From: Nitrospirales bacterium
GTDB taxonomy: Bacteria > Nitrospirota > Nitrospiria > Nitrospirales > UBA8639
Length of the DNA: 64,000 nt
Assembly (NCBI GenBank): GCA_963555755.3
Contig: OY820905.2
Span: 4,064,001-4,128,000 of the forward strand
Direction: 5' to 3'
This document shows, piece after piece, positions 20,282 through 31,274 of the stretch; position 1 is the first letter of the stretch; every line of letters begins with the position of its first letter. The position numbers and the translations under genes were made by a program. A model generated the notes under the pieces. That model did not search any database. It had not been told where the DNA came from and saw only the letters and a list, made by a program, of their open reading frames with translations.

Positions 20282-23200
20282 ATGAAGCGGCTGAGCTGGC
20301 ATCCGATTATTGCGCTGCTCGTCTCTGTGGTAATAGGCCTTGCCGTCAGCAATCATAGCATCGCCAAGGAAGGAAAGCTGAATGTCGAGACCCCTCGGGA
20401 TACAGTCGATCAGGAATTCAATCGCCGGCAGGAAATGCTTAATGGCCAGATTGAATCGTTTGGCAACTTAGCCGAGCTTTTGCGCGGGAAGTTGTCCGGG
20501 CGGAGCAAAAATGACGGGGATGGTAACAATACCGGCGGTGGCGATAACACCTTTATAATCCTCATCAAAAAAGAGGAAAAGGAAGATGAATCGTCTAAGC
20601 CCGAGAGGTCGACGACAGAGTCAAAGCCCGCCCAGGAAACGCCGCCGTCCATTAGTCTGACTCCCACCCAGGCGACTGCAATCGAGAAAGTATTGGCGGA
20701 GAACAAGTTTAAGATCGAGGCCTATGCCATGGCCAGCCGACAAGCTGGCCAGTCCATGATCGAAGCCAGGCAGGTCGAAGCCACAAACCCCGCCTATGCC
20801 CGCCGGCTCCGGCAAATCGCCCGGCGTAAGCTTGATGATGCCCTGGGATTCGTTGAGGATCTGTCCAACACAATCGCCTCCGCCGTCGATCCAAGTGGCG
20901 CACCGCCCCCGTCGCCACGCCTCATTGGCGATCAGGTCAATCCGGACAAGTTCTGCGGTATAGCATGTGAACAGCTCAAGCGGATTGCGGCCCCCGCAGG
21001 GGGAGCCGGTCTGCCGCGGTTTGACACGACCGCGCCGCGCTCGTCCGAGGACAAAAAGCTCCAACCGATCGATCAAAGGCTGTTCAAAGGAATGGGACCA
21101 CGCTCGCCACCACCCCTGTCGGGGCGGGGTCCAAGCGCCGCCCCCGTCTTAAATGATAGCCCAGTGCCCCTCGACGGGCTCCGAGACGCAGTCGCCAATA
21201 CCGCCCCGCAACTGGCGGACATGGCTCTTTTTGTGCCATGTACCGACAATCGTCAAGCCTGCACGTCGCCGCAACTCCTGGAGTTGCTTGGCTCACCGGA
21301 AAAGCGACAGGCCTTGCGTGACGTTGGCGGTGTTGCGCTTGACGTCACGTTCGACCTGCTCGCCATGGCCGGTCTGGGTGAATTTGAGGGCGGTGGTGAC
21401 CTGTCCTTTGTCGGTCAACCGGTATTGGTTTCACTCAACCGCCTGCACGACCACGTGGCATCTTATGCCTCTCAACACCGGTGGTCCGAATTACCCGCTT
21501 CGTTGCGCTTCCCGGGCGGAATAGAGCGTTTGATCGGGTTTGTTCTGGACCCGGTCGGCAAGGACGTGGTCCTGGTTGGCCGCAAAGCCCAACGCCCGAG
21601 TCATGCCCTCGACATCGATATGATCGTCCTCGCAATCCGCCAAGCGTGGAAAAAGGGGTGGCTCATGGGGGTTTCTCTTGATCCGCTTCCGGATGATATC
21701 GCCGGACCGCAATATCCGAGGGTGATTAATGTACCGGCCGACTCGATCGCCGCCCGGGTGATGCTCGACGCCGATTACGCGATGAAGCTCATTATGTTTA
21801 ATGCCGGTTTTGCGCGTGGGGAAAATCTGATCGACCTTGAGGCCGCTTACGGCCGTTCCGTGGAAGGCGGCCTTGCCCGGTTTTGGCTTGCCCCCCGGCC
21901 GTTGGGCCCCGGCTCAACCCGGCTTTCCGCATCGCGCCGGACCATGCTGCTCGTTACGGGTGTTGAGGTCCGAACCGAAGAGCAATTGGTTGCAAACGGA
22001 ACCAAGCTGGGAACAGGGCACCGGTCTCAGTGGGCCTTGCACGTCGCCGATGCATTCAACGACGCCTATCCGGCAATCGAACTGGCGAGACACGTCGAAC
22101 CGAAAGGCGTTTTTGTTCGCCTGCACGGCTTGATTGATCTTGTCACCTTCGCAAAGATCTGGCGTATCAATGGGCTTGATTATCCCGTCTTGAACAAGAT
22201 CGCCGTCCTGCCCTATCGCCGTCTTACCGGCAAAGACGCGATCCCATCCTTTTATCCGGGCGTCCACTCCGTCATACCGGTCAGCGGCGTGGAGGGCGTC
22301 CTTATCGGCGGTGTGGATCTCAGTCTCCGATGGCGCGGTGGCATGGGATCGCGCCATGCCGATCACGTCATGGCGATGCTGGAACGCGCCGTCGACGAAT
22401 ACCGGACCCAGATGGACATATTCCATCAAGTCGCCATTCCCGTCGCGGTCCCTCGTATCTTTGACGATCATGAAACAGAGGTCGACAGGAAGTTATTGAC
22501 GGCGGGACGATTGTTGGCCCAAAACAAATTCGATCGGGCGACGAAAGGGTTGATCGATCTCGTACAACAGGAACCGCTGGTGGCCGAGGCCTGGTCCATG
22601 CTGGCGACAGCCTATCTCCACAATAAAAAGTTCGAACGGGCGGCAAGTGCCGTGTTGCATGCCATCGAGCTTAATCCAGGTGATGAGCACTTGCGCCTCT
22701 TGGCCAAAGACATCTTGTGGTCGACCAACGCGCGAACCGCTTATGCCACATTCAGCCCTGACGAGCGGAGGCAAATGAGTGCCCATTATGCCGCCTTGGC
22801 ACGCTCCGAACTCCTCCGTAAGCGGAATGTCAGGGGGAAACAATTTGCCGAATGGGCGGTTCAGCTGTCAGGCGAGAACGGTGATGCCCACCTGCTGCTG
22901 GCCTTTGCGCGGGCTTCTACGGATCAGAAAACCGGTCGCCGGGATATGGTTCGCGCTATCCGTGCCTACCGTCGGCAGCATGCCGCCGGTATTCCCAATG
23001 CCGGCAGAAAATTGTCCATTGCCCTTTCGATCAGTGCTGCACAGCGCGTGGAAAGGGCGTTTGAGAAGCTTTTTGATCGCTTAGGTGGTTGGCGGGGGGA
23101 AGCAGAGGTCGATGTCGGTCCGATAGTTTACGACCTCGATGCCGCTCACAAGGAAGCGCGTGAGGCCGGCGAGCTCGATCCGGATCAACCTCTCGCCATG

Positions 23201-23581
23201 TCCATTGAACCCCTTGCCATGGCGCTTTCGGCCACAGTGGCCCCGGACAAGCCGTCCGCCGTCAAGCACGCTATTCAGCAAATAAAAAAAGTGAGGGCAA
23301 GGTTCCCGGACAATCCGATCCCGTTCGAAATCAGTGGGCGAATTTACATGATTGCCGAAAACTGGCCAAGTGCCCTCGCCGATCTTGAGCGATCGATTGA
23401 ACTCGCCCCAAGCCGGGGCCAGCCCTATGCCATCCGCGCAATCGCTTTTGCCCAAACGGGACGCTGCACTGATGCGAGAGGAGATATACAGAGAGCCCGC
23501 AATTTGGCAGGCGGACAGTTCACAATCCCTGCCGCCGTTGAACAATTCATCGCCGATTGCCGGCAACGTCCACTGGGATGA
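20282..23581 (+). CDS. Large exported protein, DUF1598-like core plus TPRs
   Basis: GVSLDP, VPADSIAARVMLDADYAMK and RFWL motifs resemble DUF1598; C-terminal TPRs. Confidence 0.7.
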   Translation: MKRLSWHPIIALLVSVVIGLAVSNHSIAKEGKLNVETPRDTVDQEFNRRQEMLNGQIESFGNLAELLRGKLSGRSKNDGDGNNTGGGDNTFIILIKKEEKEDESSKPERSTTESKPAQETPPSISLTPTQATAIEKVLAENKFKIEAYAMASRQAGQSMIEARQVEATNPAYARRLRQIARRKLDDALGFVEDLSNTIASAVDPSGAPPPSPRLIGDQVNPDKFCGIACEQLKRIAAPAGGAGLPRFDTTAPRSSEDKKLQPIDQRLFKGMGPRSPPPLSGRGPSAAPVLNDSPVPLDGLRDAVANTAPQLADMALFVPCTDNRQACTSPQLLELLGSPEKRQALRDVGGVALDVTFDLLAMAGLGEFEGGGDLSFVGQPVLVSLNRLHDHVASYASQHRWSELPASLRFPGGIERLIGFVLDPVGKDVVLVGRKAQRPSHALDIDMIVLAIRQAWKKGWLMGVSLDPLPDDIAGPQYPRVINVPADSIAARVMLDADYAMKLIMFNAGFARGENLIDLEAAYGRSVEGGLARFWLAPRPLGPGSTRLSASRRTMLLVTGVEVRTEEQLVANGTKLGTGHRSQWALHVADAFNDAYPAIELARHVEPKGVFVRLHGLIDLVTFAKIWRINGLDYPVLNKIAVLPYRRLTGKDAIPSFYPGVHSVIPVSGVEGVLIGGVDLSLRWRGGMGSRHADHVMAMLERAVDEYRTQMDIFHQVAIPVAVPRIFDDHETEVDRKLLTAGRLLAQNKFDRATKGLIDLVQQEPLVAEAWSMLATAYLHNKKFERAASAVLHAIELNPGDEHLRLLAKDILWSTNARTAYATFSPDERRQMSAHYAALARSELLRKRNVRGKQFAEWAVQLSGENGDAHLLLAFARASTDQKTGRRDMVRAIRAYRRQHAAGIPNAGRKLSIALSISAAQRVERAFEKLFDRLGGWRGEAEVDVGPIVYDLDAAHKEAREAGELDPDQPLAMSIEPLAMALSATVAPDKPSAVKHAIQQIKKVRARFPDNPIPFEISGRIYMIAENWPSALADLERSIELAPSRGQPYAIRAIAFAQTGRCTDARGDIQRARNLAGGQFTIPAAVEQFIADCRQRPLG

Positions 23582-23618
23582 TAATGTGGTGGTGGAACAG
23601 TTGTGGCGTAATGTTAAG
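23563..23618 (+). pseudogene. Tiny IS3-family transposase remnant
   Basis: Reads GNVHWDDNVVVEQLWRNVK, like the IS3 DN..ERLWRSVK motif. Confidence 0.45.
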
Positions 23619-23638
23619 AACTTAGTCAGCTCACACAA

Positions 23639-23779
23639 GGGCACCTCTAAACACCGTCCTTTTCCGTGATGGCGGCGTCAGCCGCGTGCTCACATCCTCA
23701 TGTATTCGCCCATACACTCCGGTTTTCCGCGCGCGGCTTCCTTGCCCTCACAAAAAATGCCTGGTTTTTAGAGGTGCCC
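23639..23779 (+). mobile_element. MITE family B, TSD ACAA
   Basis: Near-identical to 16241..16381. Confidence 0.92.
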
Positions 23780-23785
23780 ACAATA

Positions 23786-25069
23786 TTATTGATTCAATTG
23801 AATACTCTGAAATATCGTTTGAAGGTCGGCATTATCTTGTTGTGGATAGTACGTATCTAAATCATAGATGATTGTAATATCAATCGTATGATTATTTTTC
23901 ATGAAAGAAAAAATATCTGAGCGGGTTCGATACGTATCTCCCTCAAGAACCAATTGCGTATCGTACGTAACATGCGCGCCAGAGGTTCCGTTCACGTTAG
24001 TTGCTTCAACAGCCTCCACAATGTCCACGTAGGTCATTTGTGACACAAAGTACATATAGGCTCTGAGATGATGAAGCACGGATTCAGGAGGACTTTTTAC
24101 TTTTGCTAAATTTCTCGTCGTGATTTGAACGGCTGGTAAGGGGGTGCCTGGGGAATGCATTCTGATCAAGATAGATTTTTCACTGCCAGCCTTAGCTATT
24201 TCCGTCACCACGTCTTTGGGAACCCCCAGCGCTTTACTGGTAATATCTCGAGCCGTATCGTAGGCCTTTTCAATAACTGTTCCTGACGTTTCATATTCCC
24301 ATCCATCAGGAATCTCAATTTGAATACCCAATTCTTCGTGGACATAAATTTTGGTGTGAACGTTAGAGGAGAGGACAGCAGAATCTTCGCTCTGGGCTAA
24401 CGATAACTCTGCAGGTGTTAAGATCATGCCCAGATCTGTTCTGGCGGCCATGGCGATTGGCAGTCCCTGATCAGCTGCCTTGCTGATCCACCTGTACGCT
24501 TCGACGGTGCTTTGCCCGGTGCCTTCACCTTTGACGTACATCATACCAACATTGAATTGGGCCTGACTGATACCCTGTTCCGCTGCCTGTTTAAACCATG
24601 AAAATGCTTGGCCATGGTCAACGGCAACGCCCTGACCCTTATCAAAAACAAGACCCATATTGAATTGTGCATGAGCATTGCCCTGGTTGGCCGCACGTGT
24701 GAACCACTGAATGGCTTGAGCATCATCTTGCTCTACGCCAAGCCCTTGAGCATAGAGGATGCCGGCTCCCTGTTGGGCGCTGCTGTGTCCCTGCTCAGCT
24801 GCCTGTACATACCGTTTTAAGGCTTCAGCATAATCCTGTTGTACGTCTTCTCCACGGAAATATAAATCGGCAAGACTGTATTGGGCCTCCACGTGCCCCT
24901 GATCTGCGGCTATGGTCAACCAGTGGATGGCATCAGCCATGTTGTTACTCAACTGATAACCAACACCAGCTGAATAAGCCTCCTCAGGCGTGAGTTGTTC
25001 AGCATAAATGGGGCTAAAGGAAAATAGGGTGATGGCTATTGAAATGAATCCAAGAAATTTCTTAAACAT
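23786..25069 (-). CDS. Sel1-repeat exported protein
   Basis: Signal peptide MFKKFLG..IYA; Sel1 repeats; unassigned C-terminal domain. Confidence 0.88.
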   Translation of the reverse strand: MFKKFLGFISIAITLFSFSPIYAEQLTPEEAYSAGVGYQLSNNMADAIHWLTIAADQGHVEAQYSLADLYFRGEDVQQDYAEALKRYVQAAEQGHSSAQQGAGILYAQGLGVEQDDAQAIQWFTRAANQGNAHAQFNMGLVFDKGQGVAVDHGQAFSWFKQAAEQGISQAQFNVGMMYVKGEGTGQSTVEAYRWISKAADQGLPIAMAARTDLGMILTPAELSLAQSEDSAVLSSNVHTKIYVHEELGIQIEIPDGWEYETSGTVIEKAYDTARDITSKALGVPKDVVTEIAKAGSEKSILIRMHSPGTPLPAVQITTRNLAKVKSPPESVLHHLRAYMYFVSQMTYVDIVEAVEATNVNGTSGAHVTYDTQLVLEGDTYRTRSDIFSFMKNNHTIDITIIYDLDTYYPQQDNADLQTIFQSIQLNQ

Positions 25070-25241
25070 TGGTTGGCTCCTCTTTATCATTTTCAATGAT
25101 TCGATGGAGTGTCCAGCATGCACCCGGCTTGGGTCAAAACCTGTTGTGGGGCCTGTTTCAGGCTCCTAGACAACGACGTGCTTGCCATCGGCAATCAATT
25201 GCTCGGCGACGGGGAGCCCATGAAGCCGGCACCTCCATTAT

Positions 25242-26522
25242 TCAGGACTTGCACGCGGTGGCCTCGTGTAGCGCAGCTTCCGCGACCGCCGTACGCCCCT
25301 TCCCTCGTGCCGCTTGTGCAACGATTTGCAGGTAGCGCGGTACAACGACGCTCTCGGTCCAATGACGCTCAAACCCCGCTCGGGCACGAGCCGATGCCTG
25401 CTGTCGCCAATCGGAATCGTTCGTAATCATACGGAGCATCGCCATGAGTTCGTCGGTAGTCTCGAACAGCACACCGCCACCGTAGGCGTCGACAACCTCC
25501 GGGAACGGCCCTAGTCGCCGAGCGACTACCGGCGTGCCCATCCGGAATGCCTCGATCAAGGTGATACCGAACGTTTCGAAACCTACCGACGGCGCTATCA
25601 GCGCGAGTGCGTGGCGGTAGTAGCGCGACAACTGATCCGGAGGCATATGTCCCAGGAAGTGCACAGCATTAATTCCACTAGATAGTTTGCGCAGCTGGCT
25701 TTCGTAGTCACCGTCGCCAGCGATCAGCAGGTCGGCGTCATGAAAACGAGCGAAGACCGGAATGACGTCATCAAGGCCCTTGATGACCTCGAGTCTGCCT
25801 GCGAACAGGAAGTACGGACGATCATGTGGCGACCGCTCCGCTTGCGTCACCACGCTTGAGGACGGTTCATCGTCTGGCAGAAAGTACGGCACCACCTCCA
25901 TCTCTCTTTGAAAGCCGAACTCACGGTGTTTGGCACGGCTGAACTCACTCTTGGCGATGAACACATCGATATGTCGAAGCTGCCTCTCGAGGTAACCGAA
26001 GTAGCGCCAGAGTTGAGGTGGTCGCTGGTGGTGCAAGACGCATCGCAGACATTGCCGTTGCGAGCACGGTTCGCGATTGTGGCGCCACAACACATGAGAT
26101 GGACACACCAGCCAATGCTCGTGGGCCTCGAAGATATTGATGGCGTCGCTGAGGCCTAGCAGGCCAGGACCGCCGATCAAGGACACATTGTGAAAATTTA
26201 CGACGTCGAAGCGTCGATTCCCAATCAGCTCGCGCAGACGGCGGCCTTGAAAAATCGGTCTTCCGGTTTGTTGCGTGAGCAGAACCGAAAGCCGCTTCAT
26301 GCAGCTGCTCAGGTGAACAACATTGACACCGTCGTTCTCGCACACAACCGTCTCCGGTGCATTTCCATTTAAGACCGTGTAGGCATCGGTGTCCTGAACG
26401 ACCGTCACCTCATGGCCGCGACCAACCAGCGCACGCGCGAGTGTCTGCACACCAATGCCGTCGCCACCGAAGTTGTACGGCGGGTAAAAGGTGGTCAGCA
26501 TGCAAAAGCGTAAGCCAGTCAT
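25242..26522 (-). CDS. Glycosyltransferase family 4
   Basis: FAGRLEVIKG, ETFGITLIEA motifs. Confidence 0.92.
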   Translation of the reverse strand: MTGLRFCMLTTFYPPYNFGGDGIGVQTLARALVGRGHEVTVVQDTDAYTVLNGNAPETVVCENDGVNVVHLSSCMKRLSVLLTQQTGRPIFQGRRLRELIGNRRFDVVNFHNVSLIGGPGLLGLSDAINIFEAHEHWLVCPSHVLWRHNREPCSQRQCLRCVLHHQRPPQLWRYFGYLERQLRHIDVFIAKSEFSRAKHREFGFQREMEVVPYFLPDDEPSSSVVTQAERSPHDRPYFLFAGRLEVIKGLDDVIPVFARFHDADLLIAGDGDYESQLRKLSSGINAVHFLGHMPPDQLSRYYRHALALIAPSVGFETFGITLIEAFRMGTPVVARRLGPFPEVVDAYGGGVLFETTDELMAMLRMITNDSDWRQQASARARAGFERHWTESVVVPRYLQIVAQAARGKGRTAVAEAALHEATACKS

Positions 26523-26540
26523 TGGTTTATGTACCGGGGA

Positions 26541-27902
26541 TTACGTCCTAGCGAGGACTCCCATCCGCAGGCCGTGCCGTGGGCGCAAAATGACTTCGGG
26601 CTGCGGCCGTACGTCTTGGTCTGGAACCAGCTCTAGTCTGAATTTCTGAGTAACGAGAGCCAGGATTACTGCGGTTTCCCACTTGGCCATGTACTGGCCG
26701 ATGCAGGCATGGCTACCAACCCCGAACGGCAGATAGGCCATCCGTGGTCGTCCGGCCGCTTGATCCTGGGCGAAGCGCAGGGGATTGAAACGTTGAGGGT
26801 CGGGATGAAACCGCGGATCGCGATGGAGGATATACGGGCACACATACAGCTTTGCGCCAGCACTTATACGCGTACCCGATGGTAGGAGGTCGGCGGCGCG
26901 CGCCATGCGAACGAACAACCAGGTTGGCGGATACAGTCGCATCGATTCAGCTACGACCATCGAGGTGAACTCCAAACCTTCTACCACGCCTGTGGCCGCC
27001 GGGGTTCTGCATACTGTTTCGCGTTGCCAGCGGTCTACCTCCGAATAGAGACGTTGCGCTACTTGCTCGTGGCACGACAGCAAGAAAAAACTCCACGCCA
27101 ACGCCACCCCGACCGTCTCGTAACCGGCGGAGAATAATGTGATCACTTCGTCGATGATCTCTCGGTCGGTGAGCCCCGTACCATTGTCGTCAAAACGCGC
27201 AGCAGCCAGCATCACTAGCATATCGTCCTGCGATGCGCCGGCATTGCGGCGCGAGGCGAGTGCGTGCGAGACCGCTTCATCGATGGTGCGTGCGGCCTCT
27301 CTATAGTGGCGCGTTGCCGCAGTTGGTAAGTGCTCAGGCCACGGAAGGAGCGAACCATAAACGTACTCCGTATAGGTTCTGAGGTCGGCGATTGCACGAT
27401 CAATCCGGTCGTCCTCATCGCAAAAATCTCGTCCGAAGACCGTCGATGCGATCGCACGACGCGTCAGCGTCATCATCTCCCCGTACACGTCAACTTCTCC
27501 TCCGTCGTGCCAGGTCCCGAGCATCCGTCGTGTTTGCCTCGTGACGACGTCAGGAAACATCTCGCTGAGCGCGCGTCGGTAGATAGGCTGAAGCAAGCGC
27601 CTAAGGCGGGCATGACGTTCGCCAGTACTGGTGAGGAGGCCATTACCATGCAGTCGCCGTCCTCGCTCACTTGTTAGTCTGCGAGTCTTCTCGTAGTTGG
27701 AATCGTTGCGGACCAAGACGTGATAGAGGTCATCGGGGTGACGAAGAAGCCACACTGGACCGCCGATGTTTAGTTCGACCACATCGCGATCGAGCTGTGC
27801 ACATCGCTCGAGGAACCCCAGCTTGTCGCGTAGAAACCAGACCGCATGACCAAGCAGCGGAAGAGGGCGTGGTGGGGAGTCTAGTATGCGCTCCAAGTTC
27901 AT
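26541..27902 (-). CDS. Cytochrome P450
   Basis: AGYETV, ESMRLYPP, haem motif PFGVGSHACIG. Confidence 0.95.
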   Translation of the reverse strand: MNLERILDSPPRPLPLLGHAVWFLRDKLGFLERCAQLDRDVVELNIGGPVWLLRHPDDLYHVLVRNDSNYEKTRRLTSERGRRLHGNGLLTSTGERHARLRRLLQPIYRRALSEMFPDVVTRQTRRMLGTWHDGGEVDVYGEMMTLTRRAIASTVFGRDFCDEDDRIDRAIADLRTYTEYVYGSLLPWPEHLPTAATRHYREAARTIDEAVSHALASRRNAGASQDDMLVMLAAARFDDNGTGLTDREIIDEVITLFSAGYETVGVALAWSFFLLSCHEQVAQRLYSEVDRWQRETVCRTPAATGVVEGLEFTSMVVAESMRLYPPTWLFVRMARAADLLPSGTRISAGAKLYVCPYILHRDPRFHPDPQRFNPLRFAQDQAAGRPRMAYLPFGVGSHACIGQYMAKWETAVILALVTQKFRLELVPDQDVRPQPEVILRPRHGLRMGVLART

Positions 27903-28247
27903 TTCATTGAGCAGACGCGCAGCGGAAGCCTCGACGTGGAGGGAAAGGAGAAGCACATGCCCTTCTTGGGCCAACCGAAAAGTACTGAAGAGGCAACACG
28001 TTGTCAATTACAAATTGGGGAGGTTTCGGCGGCAGGGCTTTTGTGGTGTGAGCACTTCTCAATATTTAGGGTATAGGTGCAGACAAACGAAAGGCCCACG
28101 CGGTTACCAGCCGTTGAGCCTTCCCAAAAAGGGGAGCTGACACAATCTTTCACTAGGTTTAGTGTCTCACGAATCAGGCGGTTCGTCTATTCCTTAAACG
28201 AGGGGTCAACGTGTGATCTACACACACTTCATCATCTGAGTAATGTA

Positions 28248-28388
28248 GGGCACCTCTAAAAACCGTCCTTTTCCGTGATGGCGGCGTCAGCCGCGTGCTC
28301 ACATCCTCATGTATTCGCCCATACACTCCGGTTTTCCGCGCGCGGCTTCCTTGCCCTCACAAAAAATGCCTGGTTTTTAGAGGTGCCC
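28248..28388 (+). mobile_element. MITE family B, TSD TGTA
   Basis: Near-identical to the other copies. Confidence 0.92.
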
Positions 28389-28626
28389 TGTAGTCTACCC
28401 GCTTTCAATAACTCACCTGTCACCCCACCTGAATCACCGTCAGTCAATTTAACAGTATGGAGAAGTGGCTCGAGCCACCATGGATAAGCGCGATATTAAA
28501 TAATCGATACACGCGTCACACAAACAGCAAGCCTCACCGTTTCGGCGGTGGGGCTTTTGGTTGTTTCTTAAGACCACCAAGGGTGAGTTTGGGGAATCAA
28601 GGCGGGTGTCCCCTAACGGGACTATT

Positions 28627-28757
28627 TAAAACGACAGCCCCCCCAGATGAGGTGATGAGGCGTGAACCCTGCATGAATGAGGGGTGGGAGAGGAAATCGT
28701 CAAGCCTGATAAGCACTTGAACGATTCCCTCATAAAGAGCTGGTGCCGAAGGCGGGA
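28627..28757 (-). other. Older att-like site (17-bp tRNA-Leu 3' end plus arm sequence)
   Basis: TGGTGCCGAAGGCGGGA at 28741; left flank homologous to 32595..32823. Confidence 0.75.
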
Positions 28758-29348
28758 TTGTCCTAGAGGGGGTTGCTCAAGTCGTTGATAACTTGGGCAA
28801 TCCTCCCTCCTAGCGGGCCTTTACGCAGTTTGCCTCTTTGCCTGACTTTGCCTCTCTCTGCCTCAATTCCCACCCGTTTGTCTGTATTTTTAACACCTAT
28901 GTAACACCTGGCCGCACACCCGTTTTTCGATCACATAACCCACGAAATTCGCGCCCCACAAAAGTCGATCCCCACAATTGTTCCGTTGGAGTGCCAATCG
29001 CCGGAACCCTCGTAGCACACTTGCTATTTTTTCAAAAACAAGTATAGGTAAATATACGTAATTTTGTTTTGTGTGGTAAAGCACAGACAAATTAACGCTG
29101 CCAGAATTATTCCAGGAAGTGAGTTCGTACGATGGCGTCTTATTTCACAACGGGCGGCTGGGGCTATACGTTGCTTGGCGTATGGTGCGGAAAGCGTTTC
29201 CTAGTCATAATATCTACCAACTAATTGCAATCTCTAACAACGGCACTCCACGTCCATAAGATTGATGATAAAAAGCGGACCAGATCACCGAAGATTTTGA
29301 CCCATATTGGAGCCTAGCGCCTAACTACGGTTGGAGGAGGAAGGAAAG

Positions 29349-30983
29349 ATGGTACATTCTTCTTGTATGGGAAAGCGAGCTTCGCGCTGGTCGATCGCAC
29401 TGCTGACGGCGGCGCTTCTCGTCGTAGGCGTTGCGGAGGTCCGGGCCCAGTTCGAGGCTCGGTCGGTCGACGGAAGCGGGAACAATATGGCCAACCCGCA
29501 GTGGGGAATGGCGGGGACGCAACTGCTCCGGCTCGCGCCGGAGGCTTATGGCAACGGCATAGATACGCCGGCGGGTGGGACGAGGATCAGCCCCCGCGAG
29601 GTCAGCAACATGCTCTCGGCGCAGATGAGCGACATACCGAACAGCGTCGGGGCGAGCGACTGGATCTGGCAATGGGGCCAGTTCTTGGATCACGACATCG
29701 ACCTCACGCCCGACAACAGCGCCGAGCCGCTGCCAATCTCCGTGCCGGCGGGGGATCCCTTCTTCGATCCCGGAGAAACCGGCACGCAGGAAATTGGGTT
29801 CAACCGCTCGATCACCGATCCAAGTACGGGGACGGGGACCAGCAATCCCCGCCAGCAGCTCAACCTGATCACCTCGTTCATTGACGCCTCGAACGTCTAT
29901 GGTTTGGACGCCCTGCGAGCGGCGACCCTGAGGACCAACGACGGGACGGGGCGGCTCGCCTCGACAAAGGGCGGGCTGGCGCTGCCGTTCAACACCGACG
30001 GGCTAGCCAACGCCGGCGGTCCGGACCCGAGCCTCTATCTGGCCGGCGACGTGCGCGCCAACGAGCAGATCGCCCTGACAGCCACGCATACGCTCTTCAT
30101 GCGTGAGCACAACCGCCTGGCCGCGGAGCTCGCCGACAATGACCCGAGCCTGACCGGCGAGGAGATCTATCAGCAGGCACGCAAGATCGTGGGCGCCCTG
30201 ATTCAAGTAATCACCTACAACGAGTTCCTACCGATCCTCTTAGGCCCGGGGGCACTCCCGGATTACGCCGGCTATGACGATTCGATCGAGGCGGGGATCT
30301 CGAACGAGTTCTCGACCGGGGCCTATCGATACGGGCACAGTATGCTCTCGGAGACGCTGCTGCGCGCCAACAAGTCGCTCAACCAGAAGGCCGATACTTC
30401 GCTCAGGGACGCCTTCTTCAACCCGAAACTCCTCTTCAAGGGCGGGGGGATCGAGGCGCTGCTGCTCGGGCTTACAACCCAGCAAGCCCAGGAGGTGGAT
30501 ACCCTTATGGTCGACGGCGTGCGCAACTTCCTCTTCGGCCTGGCGGGCTCGGGCGGCTTCGATCTGGCGTCGCTGAACCTCCAGCGCGGGCGCGATCATG
30601 GCCTCTCGGACTACACGGCCGTCCGGTTTGCCCTCAGGCTCCGCAAGGTGAAGGACTTCGATGACATCACTTCGAACCCAGAGCTCCAGGCGAGGCTCGC
30701 GGCGACCTACAGCGACGTGGACGATATTGACCTCTGGATGGGCGGCCTGGCCGAGGACCACGTGGCCGGCGCGCTCGTCGGCGAGACGTTCCACGCCATC
30801 ATGGTGGACCAGTTCACGCGCCTGCGCGATGGCGACCGTTTCTGGTATCAGAATGATTCGTTCTTCACGAACAACCCCGGCCTAATGAACGAGGTAGAAG
30901 CCACGACGCTGGGCGACATCATTCGTCGCAATACGAACCTCGAAGACGAGATGCTCGATGACGCCTTCACCTTGAACAACTAA
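29349..30983 (+). CDS. Secreted haem peroxidase (peroxidase-cyclooxygenase superfamily)
   Basis: RSVDGSGNN, WGQFLDHD, AGDVRANEQ, FMREHNR, YRYGHS, QRGRDHGL, LRDGDRFWY; visibly GC-rich. Confidence 0.93.
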   Translation: MVHSSCMGKRASRWSIALLTAALLVVGVAEVRAQFEARSVDGSGNNMANPQWGMAGTQLLRLAPEAYGNGIDTPAGGTRISPREVSNMLSAQMSDIPNSVGASDWIWQWGQFLDHDIDLTPDNSAEPLPISVPAGDPFFDPGETGTQEIGFNRSITDPSTGTGTSNPRQQLNLITSFIDASNVYGLDALRAATLRTNDGTGRLASTKGGLALPFNTDGLANAGGPDPSLYLAGDVRANEQIALTATHTLFMREHNRLAAELADNDPSLTGEEIYQQARKIVGALIQVITYNEFLPILLGPGALPDYAGYDDSIEAGISNEFSTGAYRYGHSMLSETLLRANKSLNQKADTSLRDAFFNPKLLFKGGGIEALLLGLTTQQAQEVDTLMVDGVRNFLFGLAGSGGFDLASLNLQRGRDHGLSDYTAVRFALRLRKVKDFDDITSNPELQARLAATYSDVDDIDLWMGGLAEDHVAGALVGETFHAIMVDQFTRLRDGDRFWYQNDSFFTNNPGLMNEVEATTLGDIIRRNTNLEDEMLDDAFTLNN

Positions 30984-31274
30984 TCAGCCTTCGACGTTGC
31001 CTCGGGGCCCAAGGCTGTTTCGTTTCAGCACATGTTGGAAAAATAAGGGGGGGATTGTTTCCTACTCGTTTAGCAAAGCTGGAAGCGCAAGCCAGCGTCG
31101 TCCCCGTCAGCCTGCATTGAGCAGCAACGTTCGCCGTCACAAAGAGCCTCATCGTGTCGGCGGTGGGGCTTTTTCTTTTGCAATCACACCTAAATACAGT
31201 ATCCTTCCTCCATCATGGCTTCCCCCCTCGACCCCCAAACCCTCGTTACCCTCGAAGAGCTCAGCATTGACGAT

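Noticed and set aside
16241..28388. Composite transposon formed by MITE B copies
   Set aside because: Each copy has its own matching TSD, so the insertions were independent
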